NCBI GenBank assembly: GCA_032718475.1
Contig: JAUCBJ010006094.1
Location: 1-47,283 of the forward strand
Direction of reading: 5' to 3'
DNA from: Nemertoderma westbladi
Taxonomy: Eukaryota; Animalia; Xenacoelomorpha
Length of the DNA stretch: 47,283 bases
The position numbers and the translations under genes are program-made. Below are positions 25,938 to 37,900 of the stretch, piece by piece (within the stretch, counting starts at the first letter, position 1; the number at the start of each line of letters is the position of its first letter). Below the pieces are notes generated by a model that saw only the letters and a list, made by a program, of their open reading frames with translations, ran no database searches and was not told where the DNA came from.

Positions 25938-28900
25938 GGTTTTTTATTTGTTTATGTTTATTTTTCCAATGATATTAATTGCACATACTTCTACAAAGTA
26001 CAATTATATAAGAATGAAAAGTATTACTGGAGGAATGGGTATTAATAGCCTTGGTCAGTCTGTCTGTCGGTTTGTCAGTCTGTCTATTGGTTGATCGGTC
26101 TATCTGGCGATCTCTCGCATATTGTAACAGGTTCAACAGCGGTAACACTATGCTAAGCTCGCATACTATTCATTCTGCTGACACTGCAGCACTAAAGAAC
26201 ATAAGTAACACTTTTGTCCAGGCCTAGGTACAGTAGGTAACTGGTGAACAGTATTGCAGAATACTGAATTGCACATGATTTAACTGGTGTCCCGACATTT
26301 GACTGTTGTCCACAGATGTTTGACTGTTTTTCTGCGACTTGCAGGCGGTATGCAGAGCAGAAATAACTTTTAAGATATCGATCTACTGTCATTCACATTG
26401 TTTGTGGCCATTCTTCATTAGGGTAAAGGCCTACTGCTCTTTTACTGTGGTTGTTTGTTGTTACCGTAATTGTCACAAATTCCACCCATCAAACCTAGCC
26501 TGTCTGAAACGATACCATGCTTTACGCTGTCAAAGTTGCCCTATGTTGTCTTCTACTAGGTGATGGTGTTTAGTTTACTTCACTGTCCACGGTCCACTGT
26601 TATATTTTTACTTTTTTTCTACGATAACTTAAATTGCAAGCTCTGTTGACTTACAACCTAAATACGCAACTTAAAATTTAATTAAATTTGTTTACCTGTG
26701 CACAATGGGATTTTCATGCCGGCACTAGGGCCGTCTTCGTAGACAATATCTTTGGTCTGGTAGACAAGATAGGTGGGTCCATCTCCAGAGTCTGAAACTA
26801 ACATGGTCTGGACACCATGGTGGTCTGTAGGTTGTGAATCTGATGGGCACTGAATTGTTAACGGAGTCGGGATGGGTTCGCATCTGTTAGGATTGTTTAA
26901 GTTTAATTATGTTTAAGTAGAATATAATTTAGATTATATTGTCAATAGTGTTATTGATATATATTATCTGATATATGTTATTTATACTTCTCTGAAATAT
27001 AGGCCTACTTTTTTCGTTTTTGACGAGAAAGTGTTTCGATATTAAAAGAAACACATGTCTACAGAAAGAGTCCAGACTCAAACAGACTACAGCGGCCAAG
27101 AATGCAGTTAAGGCTGCATCTAGGTCCCTGAACAGGCAGTACTCTGCTAATCTACAGGAGTTAATAAACCAACAGGTTGATGCCATCAATGATGCTGACG
27201 ACAGCAGGCAATCATCCCAGGCATGGAAATCGATCAATCTGCTTACTGGGCGGAAAAGCCAACCAACCACCAAGGTTAAGGCTGAATCACCAGCCGATCG
27301 CCTCAATGGTTGGAAAGCCCACTTTGAAAAGCTCCTCAATAATGACAGGGTATTGCCTGATAACTTTATAGAAGTAAAAGTGTCTGAGTCTGTACTCCCA
27401 GATATTCCCATTGGCGATATCTCCTATGCAGAAGTGAAGGCTGCTGCAAAGAGCATTAAGACCAATCGTGCCAGTGGAGTAGATGGTGTTCCCCCTGAGG
27501 TCTTTAAAATACCTGAGTGTTTAAAGCTCATCTATCCCATCATAGTAGACATGTACCGAACAACAAGAGTCCCACAAGAAATGAAAACAAATAAGTTGGT
27601 GCCAGTTCCCAAGAAGGGCAACCTAACACTCTATGGTTCTTTTCGGGGAATCTCATTGATCTCGATTGCTGCAAAGCTATACAATAGGATTCTATTAAAT
27701 CGCATCAGGGATCCCATTGAGAGACTGCTCCGTGGAAATCAGAATGGGTTCCGTAAAGGTCGTGGGACCATGGAGCCCATTTTGGCACTTAGAAGGATAA
27801 TTGAAGAGTTATCACAAAAGAAAGACAGGCATCTGGCTGTTATATTTGTTGACTTCTTCAAGGCCTTTGATTCAGTCTCTCGCTCAAGTATGTTCAGCAT
27901 ACTTTCAATATATGGGATTCCTGATGAAATTATTGCAGCAATCAGATCAGTATACGATGGTTCGACAACATTTGTATCTACTGTTGACGGTGACACAGAA
28001 CCATTTGAAGTGTTATGGGGCGTCCTCCAAGGAGACACACTTGCACCATTCTTGTTCATTATTGTGGTTGACTATGTTCTACGCATGTCCTTAGATCATT
28101 ATAATGATGATGGGGTGATGATAACTCCACCTACTGGCTCCAGAAGTCGAGGAAATCCTGCCAAGTACCTAACTGATCTAGACTTTGCTGATGACTTAGG
28201 AGTACTCTCAGAATCATTAGAGGGAGCCCAACGGCTCCTCAGCTCATTAGAACATGCTGCTTCTAGTGTTGGTCTTTTTATTAACTCCAGAAAGACCAAA
28301 ATTCTGACAGTTAACTTTGAAAGTCCTCAGCAAGTCTCTGATCGGATGAGCATAAGCTCAAAGGATGGTATGCTTGAGCATGTGGACGACTTCTGTTACC
28401 TGGGATCATGGATCCGGAAGTCAGGTGAGGACCTTCGAATAAGTAAGGGAAAGGCATGGGCAGCCTTGAATAGGCTTTCCAGGATTTGGAAGTCACCGAG
28501 AATTAATCGGAAACTTAAGGTCCGATTATTTAGAGCAGCAGTAGTTCCAGTACTCCTCTACGGGAGTCCATGCTGGGCTCTAACTGCTGAGGACACCACA
28601 TCTCTGGATGGCACATTCACAAGAATGCTACGCCGGGTTCATTGTGTCAAGTACAATGCACACATCTCCAACCAGACACTATATAACATTGGAGGTGTCT
28701 CATTGGTTCCCCCAAGCTTGACACTAGAACATAATCGCCTCCGCTTTGCAGGACATTGCTTTCGCCGTGAGGACCAGCCAGTGCATAATCTTGTACTTTG
28801 GCAGCCCCATGGAGTGAATAAGCATGGTGGACAGCCCATGACTTTCTTGAGACGCATCTTAAAGGACACTGGCCTTAAAGATGCGGATGATCTAGCAAAT

Positions 28901-31900
28901 GTCATGGGTGATAGGGAGTTGTGGCGGTGCAATTTTGTTGACAAGCCGGCACAGCATTCTTAAAAATGCAGCTGCAATGCAGCATGCCGATCCTAGTAGT
29001 AGTTTCGATATTAAACTAATCTCACTAAGGCACAGAGAGAGAGTCCGACTCAAACAGACTACAGCGGCCAAGAATGCAGGTAAGGCTGCATCTAGGTCCC
29101 TGAACAGGCAGTACGAAGTAAGACGTTAGTGCCCGCGAGTCATTAGTGCCCGAGGACCTTGTCTGCAAGAAAGACGTTAGTGCCAGCGAGTCATTAGTGC
29201 CAGAGGACCTTGTTTGCAAGTGAGACGTTAGTGCCCGCGAGTCATTAGTGCCCGAGGACCTTGTCTGCAAGTAAGACGTTAGTGCCCGCGAGTCATTAGT
29301 GCCCGAGGACCTTGTCTGCAAGTGAGACGTTAGTGCGAGCGAGTCATTAGTGCCCGGGGACCTTGTCTGCAAGTAAGACGTTAGTGCCCGCGAGTCATTA
29401 GTGCCCGAGGACCTTGTCTGCAAGTGAGACGTTAGTGCCAGCGAGTCATTAGTGCCCGGGGACCTTGTCTGCAAGTAAGACGTTAGTGCCCGCGAGTCAT
29501 TAGTGCCCGGGGACCTTGTCTGCAAGAAAGACGTTAGTGCCAGCGAGTCATTAGTGCCCGAGGACCTTGTCTGCAAGTAAGACGTTAGTGCCAGCGAGTC
29601 ATTAGTGCCCGAGGACCTTGTCTGCAAGTGAGACGTTAGTGCCAGCGAGTCATTAGTGCCCGAGGACCTTGTCTGCAAGTAAGACGTTAGTGCCCGCGAG
29701 TCATTAGTACCCGAGGACCTTGTCTGCAAGTAAGACTTTAGTGCCAGCGAGTCATTAGTGCCCGGGGACCTTGTCTGCAAGTAAGACGTTAGTGCCCGTG
29801 AGTCATTAGTGCCCGGGGACCTTGTCTGCAAGAAAGACGTTAGTGCCCGCGAGTCATTAGTGCCCGAGGACCTTGTCTGCAAGTAAGACGTTAGTGCCCG
29901 CGAGTCATTAGTGCCCGAGGACCTTGTCTGCAAGTGAGACGTTAGTGCCAGCCAGTCATTAGTGCCCGAGGACCTTGTCTGCAAGTAAGACGTTAGTCAT
30001 CATTGACGTAAGACAGCATTGAATGAGTTTTCAAGAATTTGAAAGTTACACAGAATACATCGGAAACTCAAGGTCCGATTATTTAGAGCAGCAGTAGTAC
30101 CAGTACTCCTCTATGGGAGTCCATGCTGGGCTCTAACTGCTGAGGACACCAAAACTCTGGATTAGACATGGGGTCTTATTCCCTCAGATACTACCTAGCG
30201 TTTAGGGCCACTTGGGCCACTGTTAGTACTCAGGCACTAAGGCCCATTAATAAAAAAAAAACAAAATACCAAATCGATTTTAGTGCTACATAACCCAACC
30301 CAACTACCACAAGAAAAATGACACCAAACCATACAGTAACTACAGGTTCCGGTAAGTATTGCACGAAATAGGCTATCCCATAAATTACGAAAAATATAGG
30401 ACATTTTGTCTTCCGAAAAGGTAAGTCTAAGTAATAAATTTTATAAAAATAAAGGGTTTCGGAGATTTAAACACTGAACCCTGGGATTCGTGGTTCTCCT
30501 CATCAGCAGTGTGCCACGAACCCCACCCCTACCCTAACAAAACTGCACCACTAAATTAAGACAATGACCAATAAATTAGAAATACTACCGTACATCCCCC
30601 CAGAGTTGAAACCACCCACCCCCAATGTATGTTACCATCAGCCCCAAATGCATAAACATGATTCCCCACTGAAAGCAACCAACCCCAGTTAGCACCTACC
30701 GGTATGTACAGATATATGATCAGATTTTTAAACAAAATTGCGCAGATGTCAGGAAATACCCCTGTAAATTCAATTAAATTACTTAGACTTACCTTTTCGG
30801 AAGACAAAATGTCCTATATTTTTCGTAATTTATGGGATAGCCTATTTCGTGCAATACTTACCGGAACTGTAGTTACTGTATGGTTTGGTGTAATTTTTCT
30901 TGTGGTAGTTGGGTTGGGTTATGTAGTACTAAAATCGATTTGGTATTTTGTTTTTTTTTTAAATTAATGGGCCTTAGTGCCTGAGTACTAACAGTGGCCC
31001 AAGTGACCCTAAATGCTAGGTAGTATCTGAGGGAATAAGACCCCATGTCCAATTTTATTGTTTTCATATTAATATCACAATCCCTCTAAAGTCGTGGTTG
31101 TCTAACATCATATAAAACTCTGGATGGCACATTCACAAGAATGCTACGTCGGGTTCACTGTGTCAAGTACAATGTATACATCTCCAACCAGAATCTATTT
31201 AATATTAGAGGTGTCTCATTGGTACCCTTAAGCTTGACACTTGAACAAAGCCGCCTCCGCTTTCCAGGACAGTGCTTTCGCCGTGAGGAAAATATTTGCT
31301 TTGGCAGCCTGTTTCTTGTTATAACAAAAAATATTATACAGTAATAATGAAGTTTATATACCCGGAATGCTGCATTGTAGGTACATTAATAACGTTATGC
31401 CGGCTTATCACGAAAGTGCACCGCGACTGCTCCCTATCCCCCATGAATTTCGGGCATCTTCAAGGCCAATGTCCTTTAAGAGACGTAAGTAATGGGCTGT
31501 CCACCATGCTTATTTTATCCATGGGGCTGCCAAAGCACAAGATTATGCACTGGCTGGTCGTCACAGCGAAAGCAATGTCCTGTGAAGCGAAGACAGTTCC
31601 ATTTAAGTGTCAAGCTTGGGGGGACCATTGAGGCACATCCTATATAGTATAGAGTCTCATTGAAGATAAAGACGCTCTAACCATTCTGCTAGCGGGCCAG
31701 ATATTTGGTGCCCCCATCAGTTTGAGCCCAGCATAGACTTCCATAGAGGAGTACTGGTCAGGAGTACAGAACCAAGGTTCCACCTTGGTATAGTGGTTGC
31801 ATTGAATTCACATCTCCTGTAGGTCGTGGGTTCGACCCTCACATGGGCCAGGGCAGTTTTCGTTTCGGCACGAATGCTTTAAAGGGACCAGCCAGGGCGC

Positions 31901-34900
31901 ATCTCTGCCTTGCATCCTTAAGTGGTAGTTAAATGAGTACTAGAGTTTCCTCTGGGGAGTAAAGTTCTGGCGGGACCGCACTGGAAATAAGTCGGCAGAC
32001 TTTGTGCGTAAACGCCTGGCCTAGTGGCCGAAGTAAATTTACTTTTTTACTTTACTTTACTGGAACTACTGCTGCTCTAAATAATCGGACCTTGAGGTTC
32101 CGTTCTATTTTATGTGACTTACAAATTCTGGACAACCCATTCAATGTTGTTTATTCCTACACCTTTAGTAGTAGGCTAAATTTCAATAATGAGAGGCATA
32201 TTAATAATTGTAATATGATGTTCTTTAACATGACTGAAGTTACAATACAGGAAATATATATCAATGCCAACAATATGGCCTGGACGGCCGTATCTGTCAG
32301 CAACTATGTACATTTAGTAAGTATAAATTAGCACCGCGCTTGTATTAGCATATCTTACCTTCTTATGTGTGATTCCGGATCCACCGTAGAATAAAATCCG
32401 TCGGAACACTTACACATAAACCTGTCGGGGGTGTTGGAATCGCAATCAACACAATCACTTCCTCCGGGCTCACATTGGTACCCTAGCAACAGAATAAATA
32501 ATAAACAAAAACAAAAATAAAACATTTATAACTCTATAATAAACAAATAATCTTATTAAATAATCAACTTTATAAACAAATAATTTAATATAATAAACCT
32601 AACAATATTTATAGTGGTTTTTAATAAAATGTGTAAATATTTTGGGCTTTTGTATATGTGTTTAACATCCATAGATTGCATAAATTATTAAGTAATTAAA
32701 CAGCCGCGTCTCCCGATAAACGTTCAGGTATGCTAACCACTACACCACGGAGGCAAACTGTGGTGTAGTGGTTAGCATACCTGAACGTTTATCGGGAGGC
32801 GCGGGTTCGATCCCCGCTGGTGGCGAATTCATATTCTCCTGTTTAATTTAGTTCTGTTTAATTACTTAATAATTTTGGGCTTTTATTGTTAATATAATGT
32901 ATACATACAGGTCCCTACAATAGAAAATGAATTGTTGGAATATGACAACAAATGTTACAATGATATTTGGTTCTTTAGTGACCAAAGGGACTAAAAATTC
33001 CACCGTGACAACAAGTTGTGGTTTATTTTGTATTTGTATTCATTGGATTTTATTGGCTCTTAGGGGATGATTTATTTGAATTTGAGATAAATACTGTAAT
33101 AATAGCAAATTAAACCAGGGTAAATTTATACTATTTAATCTTTAACGACCAAGGGCCTTTAAAAGCCCAAGCTGTATCTCGGCTCCTCTGCAATGTTTTT
33201 GAGTTAGGCACATTGTGATTAGTCATAGTTAGAGGCTGATTTTATAAATTAATATTAAATATAATTGCCAGAAAATGTTGGTAGGATTTAACAAAACTGT
33301 TAGTATAAACAAACTCACCGAGACAATATCCGATGTTATGTGGGTCTGCAATGTAACCAGGGATACAAGAACACGACCTATCCACTGAATTAATATAATA
33401 ACATTTACAGAAGGGCGCGTAACTATGGCAACTGCGTTCTAAACACGTTTGATCCCATCTACAGAAATCAATGATAAAATCTACTTTACTGTTTAATAAA
33501 CATACATATGTGCACATTTTTAATATTTTGACCATCTTATGTCACTTTGTGCTCTTTATCTAAGTTCTTTTTACATATTTTCGGTATTCTGTGATTTACA
33601 CGTCTTGTATATTATAAACAGACCGCATAGATTTAATATTACGATCCCGCAAAATACATAAAGAATGCTTGCTTTGGTAAATTAAAACCCCAAAATTAAT
33701 CGCTCGAACTAATCCAATATTACATTTCTGAATTTTTGGATTACAAATATTGTAAAATTAAATACAACTTAGATTGAATTCACTCACCGTAATATGTAGT
33801 TTTTCGGACACTGACAGTCATTAGCACCGTTGGTGAGCTGGCAGACACAACTTGGTGTTGAGTCTATACATTGGTTGGTACAAACACCCGGTTCAACCAT
33901 AACCTCATTAGATTTGCATTCAACTGTAGATAGGTAATATTAATATTAATTAATGGTAATATTAATTATTATAATGAAAAAACGGGTCAGTGGCCTGAAA
34001 GGAAACTCCTACGGAAAACGTAACTGAAGGGATATCTTTCATCATGGGGGTGAGAGTATCGAAAGACACTTATCCGGTACTTCCCTAGTATAATGCCTAC
34101 CCCCCTTCCCACTAGACTTCCGGTTTCGTTCAGGGAACCTGCAGTCGGACAACCAGTGGCCGGTCGAGGATGTGTAGTAGACCCCGGAAGCAGTGTCATC
34201 CAAGGATGTTATTACGTTACGTTAAGGTATCTTTTTAGGAATACTGTAGTTAAATATTTTTCCGTAACGTAATAGGTTTTTCAATACCGTAACGTAATTT
34301 TACTGTATATTTTTTCCGTAAACCGTAACATAATAGCGTAGTATTGGTTTTAGCTACCAAGCAATCATTTTGGACAAAAAAGTAAATCTTTCAACAAAAA
34401 ATTTCAACTTTCACTTGCACGTTCTAGCTAATTCAATATAAAGTTAATTGCTTTAACCCTTAAACTGGTGACGATTTTTCCACTACTTGGTGAAAACTCA
34501 AACATTAGTTTTGCGATTGTTAGTTCTACTTGGTGGGAATTATTGATGAAATCTATTCTGACTTGATATAAACTCATATGAGTTTAATGAGAATATGTTG
34601 TACCTGGTGGGAACTTTACCTTCAATCTATTCTGACTTGGTATAAACTCAAATGAGTTTAATGAGAATATGTTGTACCTGGTGGGAACTTTTCCTTCAAT
34701 CTATTCTGACTTGGTATAAACTCAAATGAGTTTAATGAGAATATGTTGTACCTGGTGGGAACTTTTCCTTCAATCTATTCTGACTTGGTATAAACTCAAA
34801 TGAGTTTAATGAGAATATGTTGTACCTGGTGGGAACTTTTCCTTCAATCTATTCTGACTTGATATAAACTCATATGAGTTTAATGAGAATATGTTGTACC

Positions 34901-37900
34901 TGGTGGGAACTTTCCCTTCAATCTATTCTGACTTGGTATAAACTCAAATGAGTTTAATGAGAATATGTTGTACCTGGTGGGAACTTTTCCTTCAATCTAT
35001 TCTGACTTGGTATAAACTCAAATGAGTTTAATGAGAATATGTTGTACCTGGTGGGAACTTTTCCTTCAATCTATTCTGACTTGGTATAAACTCAAATGAG
35101 TTTAATGAGAATATGTTGTACCTGGTGGGAACTTTCCCTTCAATCTATTCTGACTTGATATAAACTCAAATGAGTTTAATGAGAATATGTTGTACCTGGT
35201 GGGAACTTTTCCTTCAATCTATTCTGACTTGGTATAAACTCAAATGAGTTTAATGAGAATATGTTGTACCTGGTGGGAACTTTTCCTTCAATCTATTCTG
35301 ACTTGGTATAAACTCAAATGAGTTTAATGAGAATATGTTGTACCTGGTGGGAACTTTTCCTTCAATCTATTCTGACTTGGTATAAACTCAAATGAGTTTA
35401 ATGAGAATATGTTGTACCTGGTGGGAACTTTCCCTTCAATCTATTCTGACTTGGTATAAACTCAAATGAGTTTAATGAGAATATGTTGTACCTGGTGGGA
35501 ACTTTCCCTTCAATCTATTCTGACTTGGTATAAACTCAAATGAGTTTAATGAGAATATGTTGTACCTGGTGGGAACTTTACCTTCAATCTATTCTGACTT
35601 GGTATAAACTCAAATGAGTTTAATGAGAATATGTTGTACCTGGTGGGAACTTTCCCTTCAATCTATTCTGACTTGGTATAAACTCAAATGAGTTTAATGA
35701 GAATATGTTGTACCTGGTGGGAACTTTCCCTTCAATCTATTCTGACTTGGTATAAACTCAAATGAGTTTAATGAGAATATGTTGTACCTGGTGGGAACTT
35801 TCCCTTCAATCTATTCTGACTTGGTATAAACTCAAATGAGTTTAATGAGAATATGTTGTACCTGGTGGGAACTTTCCCTTCAATCTATTCTGACTTGGTA
35901 TAAACTCAAATGAGATTAATGAGAATATGTTGTACCTGGTGGGAACTTTACCTTCAATCTATTTTGACTTGGTAAAAACTCATGAGTTACAGTAAAACCA
36001 TTCTGACTTGGTTTCATTCAACCCACACATGAGTTTCGGCCATACTTTTGGTTATCAGCTGTCAGGAAGGTAGCATTGACTTTTCTGTCAACGTCACCAG
36101 CGCCATTGTATTGGGCCGTTAATGAGCTTTACAAGAGTAGTTGAATCGGTGCCAGACGATCACTACATGCTAAACAAGCGTTGTAGTAAAGCGTGGGAAA
36201 CATGTCTAATTTTAACTCATTCATTATTATTAATTAATCATATAAAATGATATTACACTAAAATGATAAGATTGCACTTCACAAGTAAAAGGTTGAACGA
36301 GTACTGAATAAAATCGTGTAAAATATCGAGTAAATATAGTTATGTACAAGGCACGAAAAGAAACCAACACATGTCGAATATTTGTAATGGACAACGGATT
36401 ATAATGTGAACTGTGTAGGCGGTAGTGGCTGGGTCAGTTCGCCGTGAAAGGTTCGATAGATTCGAAAGGTTCGGGTTCGATAGAGAAGTTCGACGGACGA
36501 ACTTTTAAGCTCGAGCTTAAAAGAAAATAATAAAAATAATTAAAAATAATTTCCAAGTGTCCTAAAGTGTCCTCAGGACACTTTAGGACACAAATTTTTT
36601 TAGCTTATTATGTTTTGTTTATATTGAACTGATTTAATTTGGGAAATTTATTATGTATATTTACAATACTATATGTTATGAAAGATTTGTAATTATTTGC
36701 CTTAATTTGTTTAATTTGGATAACCGAAGTTTTATATTTTATGCACTAAGCCTTGATAAAATAGATAGTAAATCCTCTTTACATTACTACTACTAGATAG
36801 TAGGTCCTATGGCAATCTGAACCGGTTATTACGTTACGGTATTTTCGGTAATACGCAATTATTTTTTTCGGAATACAGTAACGTAACGTAATTTGGAAAT
36901 TATTCCGTAATGTAATATCGTAACGTAAAAAATTCAGTTTTTCAACCGTAACGTAACGTAATACCGTAACGTAACGTAATACTGTAACGTAACGTAAAAC
37001 ATCCTTGGTGTCATCAATAAGAAAGAAGGTTCAGTTTGACTTCCAATGTATATTGATAACTAAAAGTTCAATACCTCTATTACTCACCAATAGAAGTTAC
37101 TGCACGTACACGGTGCGAATAACGTAAACACCAATAATACACTATAATATACAAACAATAAAGTAATACGAGATAGTAATATGAAGAGTTATAGAGAGGT
37201 GACATTTAATGTAGAAATGCCCCTAAGAATAATCTCTATATCAAAAACCACAACATTAATACGCCGCAATATTAGCAATAAACGTCACTAACCATCTGAC
37301 CGTTCTACTATTAACACCTCCACAACACCTCCAGGTGCGGGACCTTCGAATACGTAAGGGAAAGGCATGGGCAGCCTTGAATAGGCTTTCCAGGATTTGG
37401 AAGTCACCGAGAATTAATCGGAAACTTAAGGTCCGATTATTTAGAGCAGCAGTAGTTCCAGTACTCCTCTATGGGAGTCCATGCTGGGCTCTAACTGCTG
37501 AGGACACCAAATCTCTGGATGGCACATTCACAAGAATGCTACGCCGGGTTCATTGTGTCAAGTACAATGCACACATCTCCAACCAGACACTATATAACAT
37601 TGGAGGTGTCTCATTGGTTCCCCCAAGCTTGACACTAGAACAAAATCGCCTCCGCTTTGCAGGACATTGCTTTCGCCGTGAGGACCAGCCAGTGCATAAT
37701 CTTGTACTTTGGCAGCCTCATGGAGTGAATAAGCATGGTGGACAGCCCATGACTTTCTTGAGACGCATCTTAAAGGACACTGGCCTTGAAGATGCGGATG
37801 ATCTAGCAAATGTCATGGGTGATAGGGAGTTGTCACACTTTTAATCATACCACGCTATGATTCGCTCGGTTGCCAATTTTACATCCACTTTTATTACCCT

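Larger units (their letters stand above)
30000..32150. mobile_element. Nested older RTE remnants (+ at 30000-30162 and 31114-31290; - at about 31430-32150) carrying younger insertions
   Basis: Sequence matches 28470-28920 (aaggtccgattatttagagcagcagtag..., ggatggcacattcacaagaatgctacg). Confidence 0.85.

Noticed and set aside
32758-32826. Functional tRNA genes here and at 22190, 31785, 42576 and 44920
   Set aside because: A/B boxes are present but the cloverleaf is broken and most sit in repeat or TSD-flanked context
33987-34199. 70-aa minus-strand ORF as an extra exon
   Set aside because: No recognisable domain and no phase-compatible donor identified before the stop
29118-35985. 51-bp and 74-bp arrays as CRISPR arrays
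   Set aside because: Head-to-tail units with no unique spacers, no cas genes, eukaryotic context
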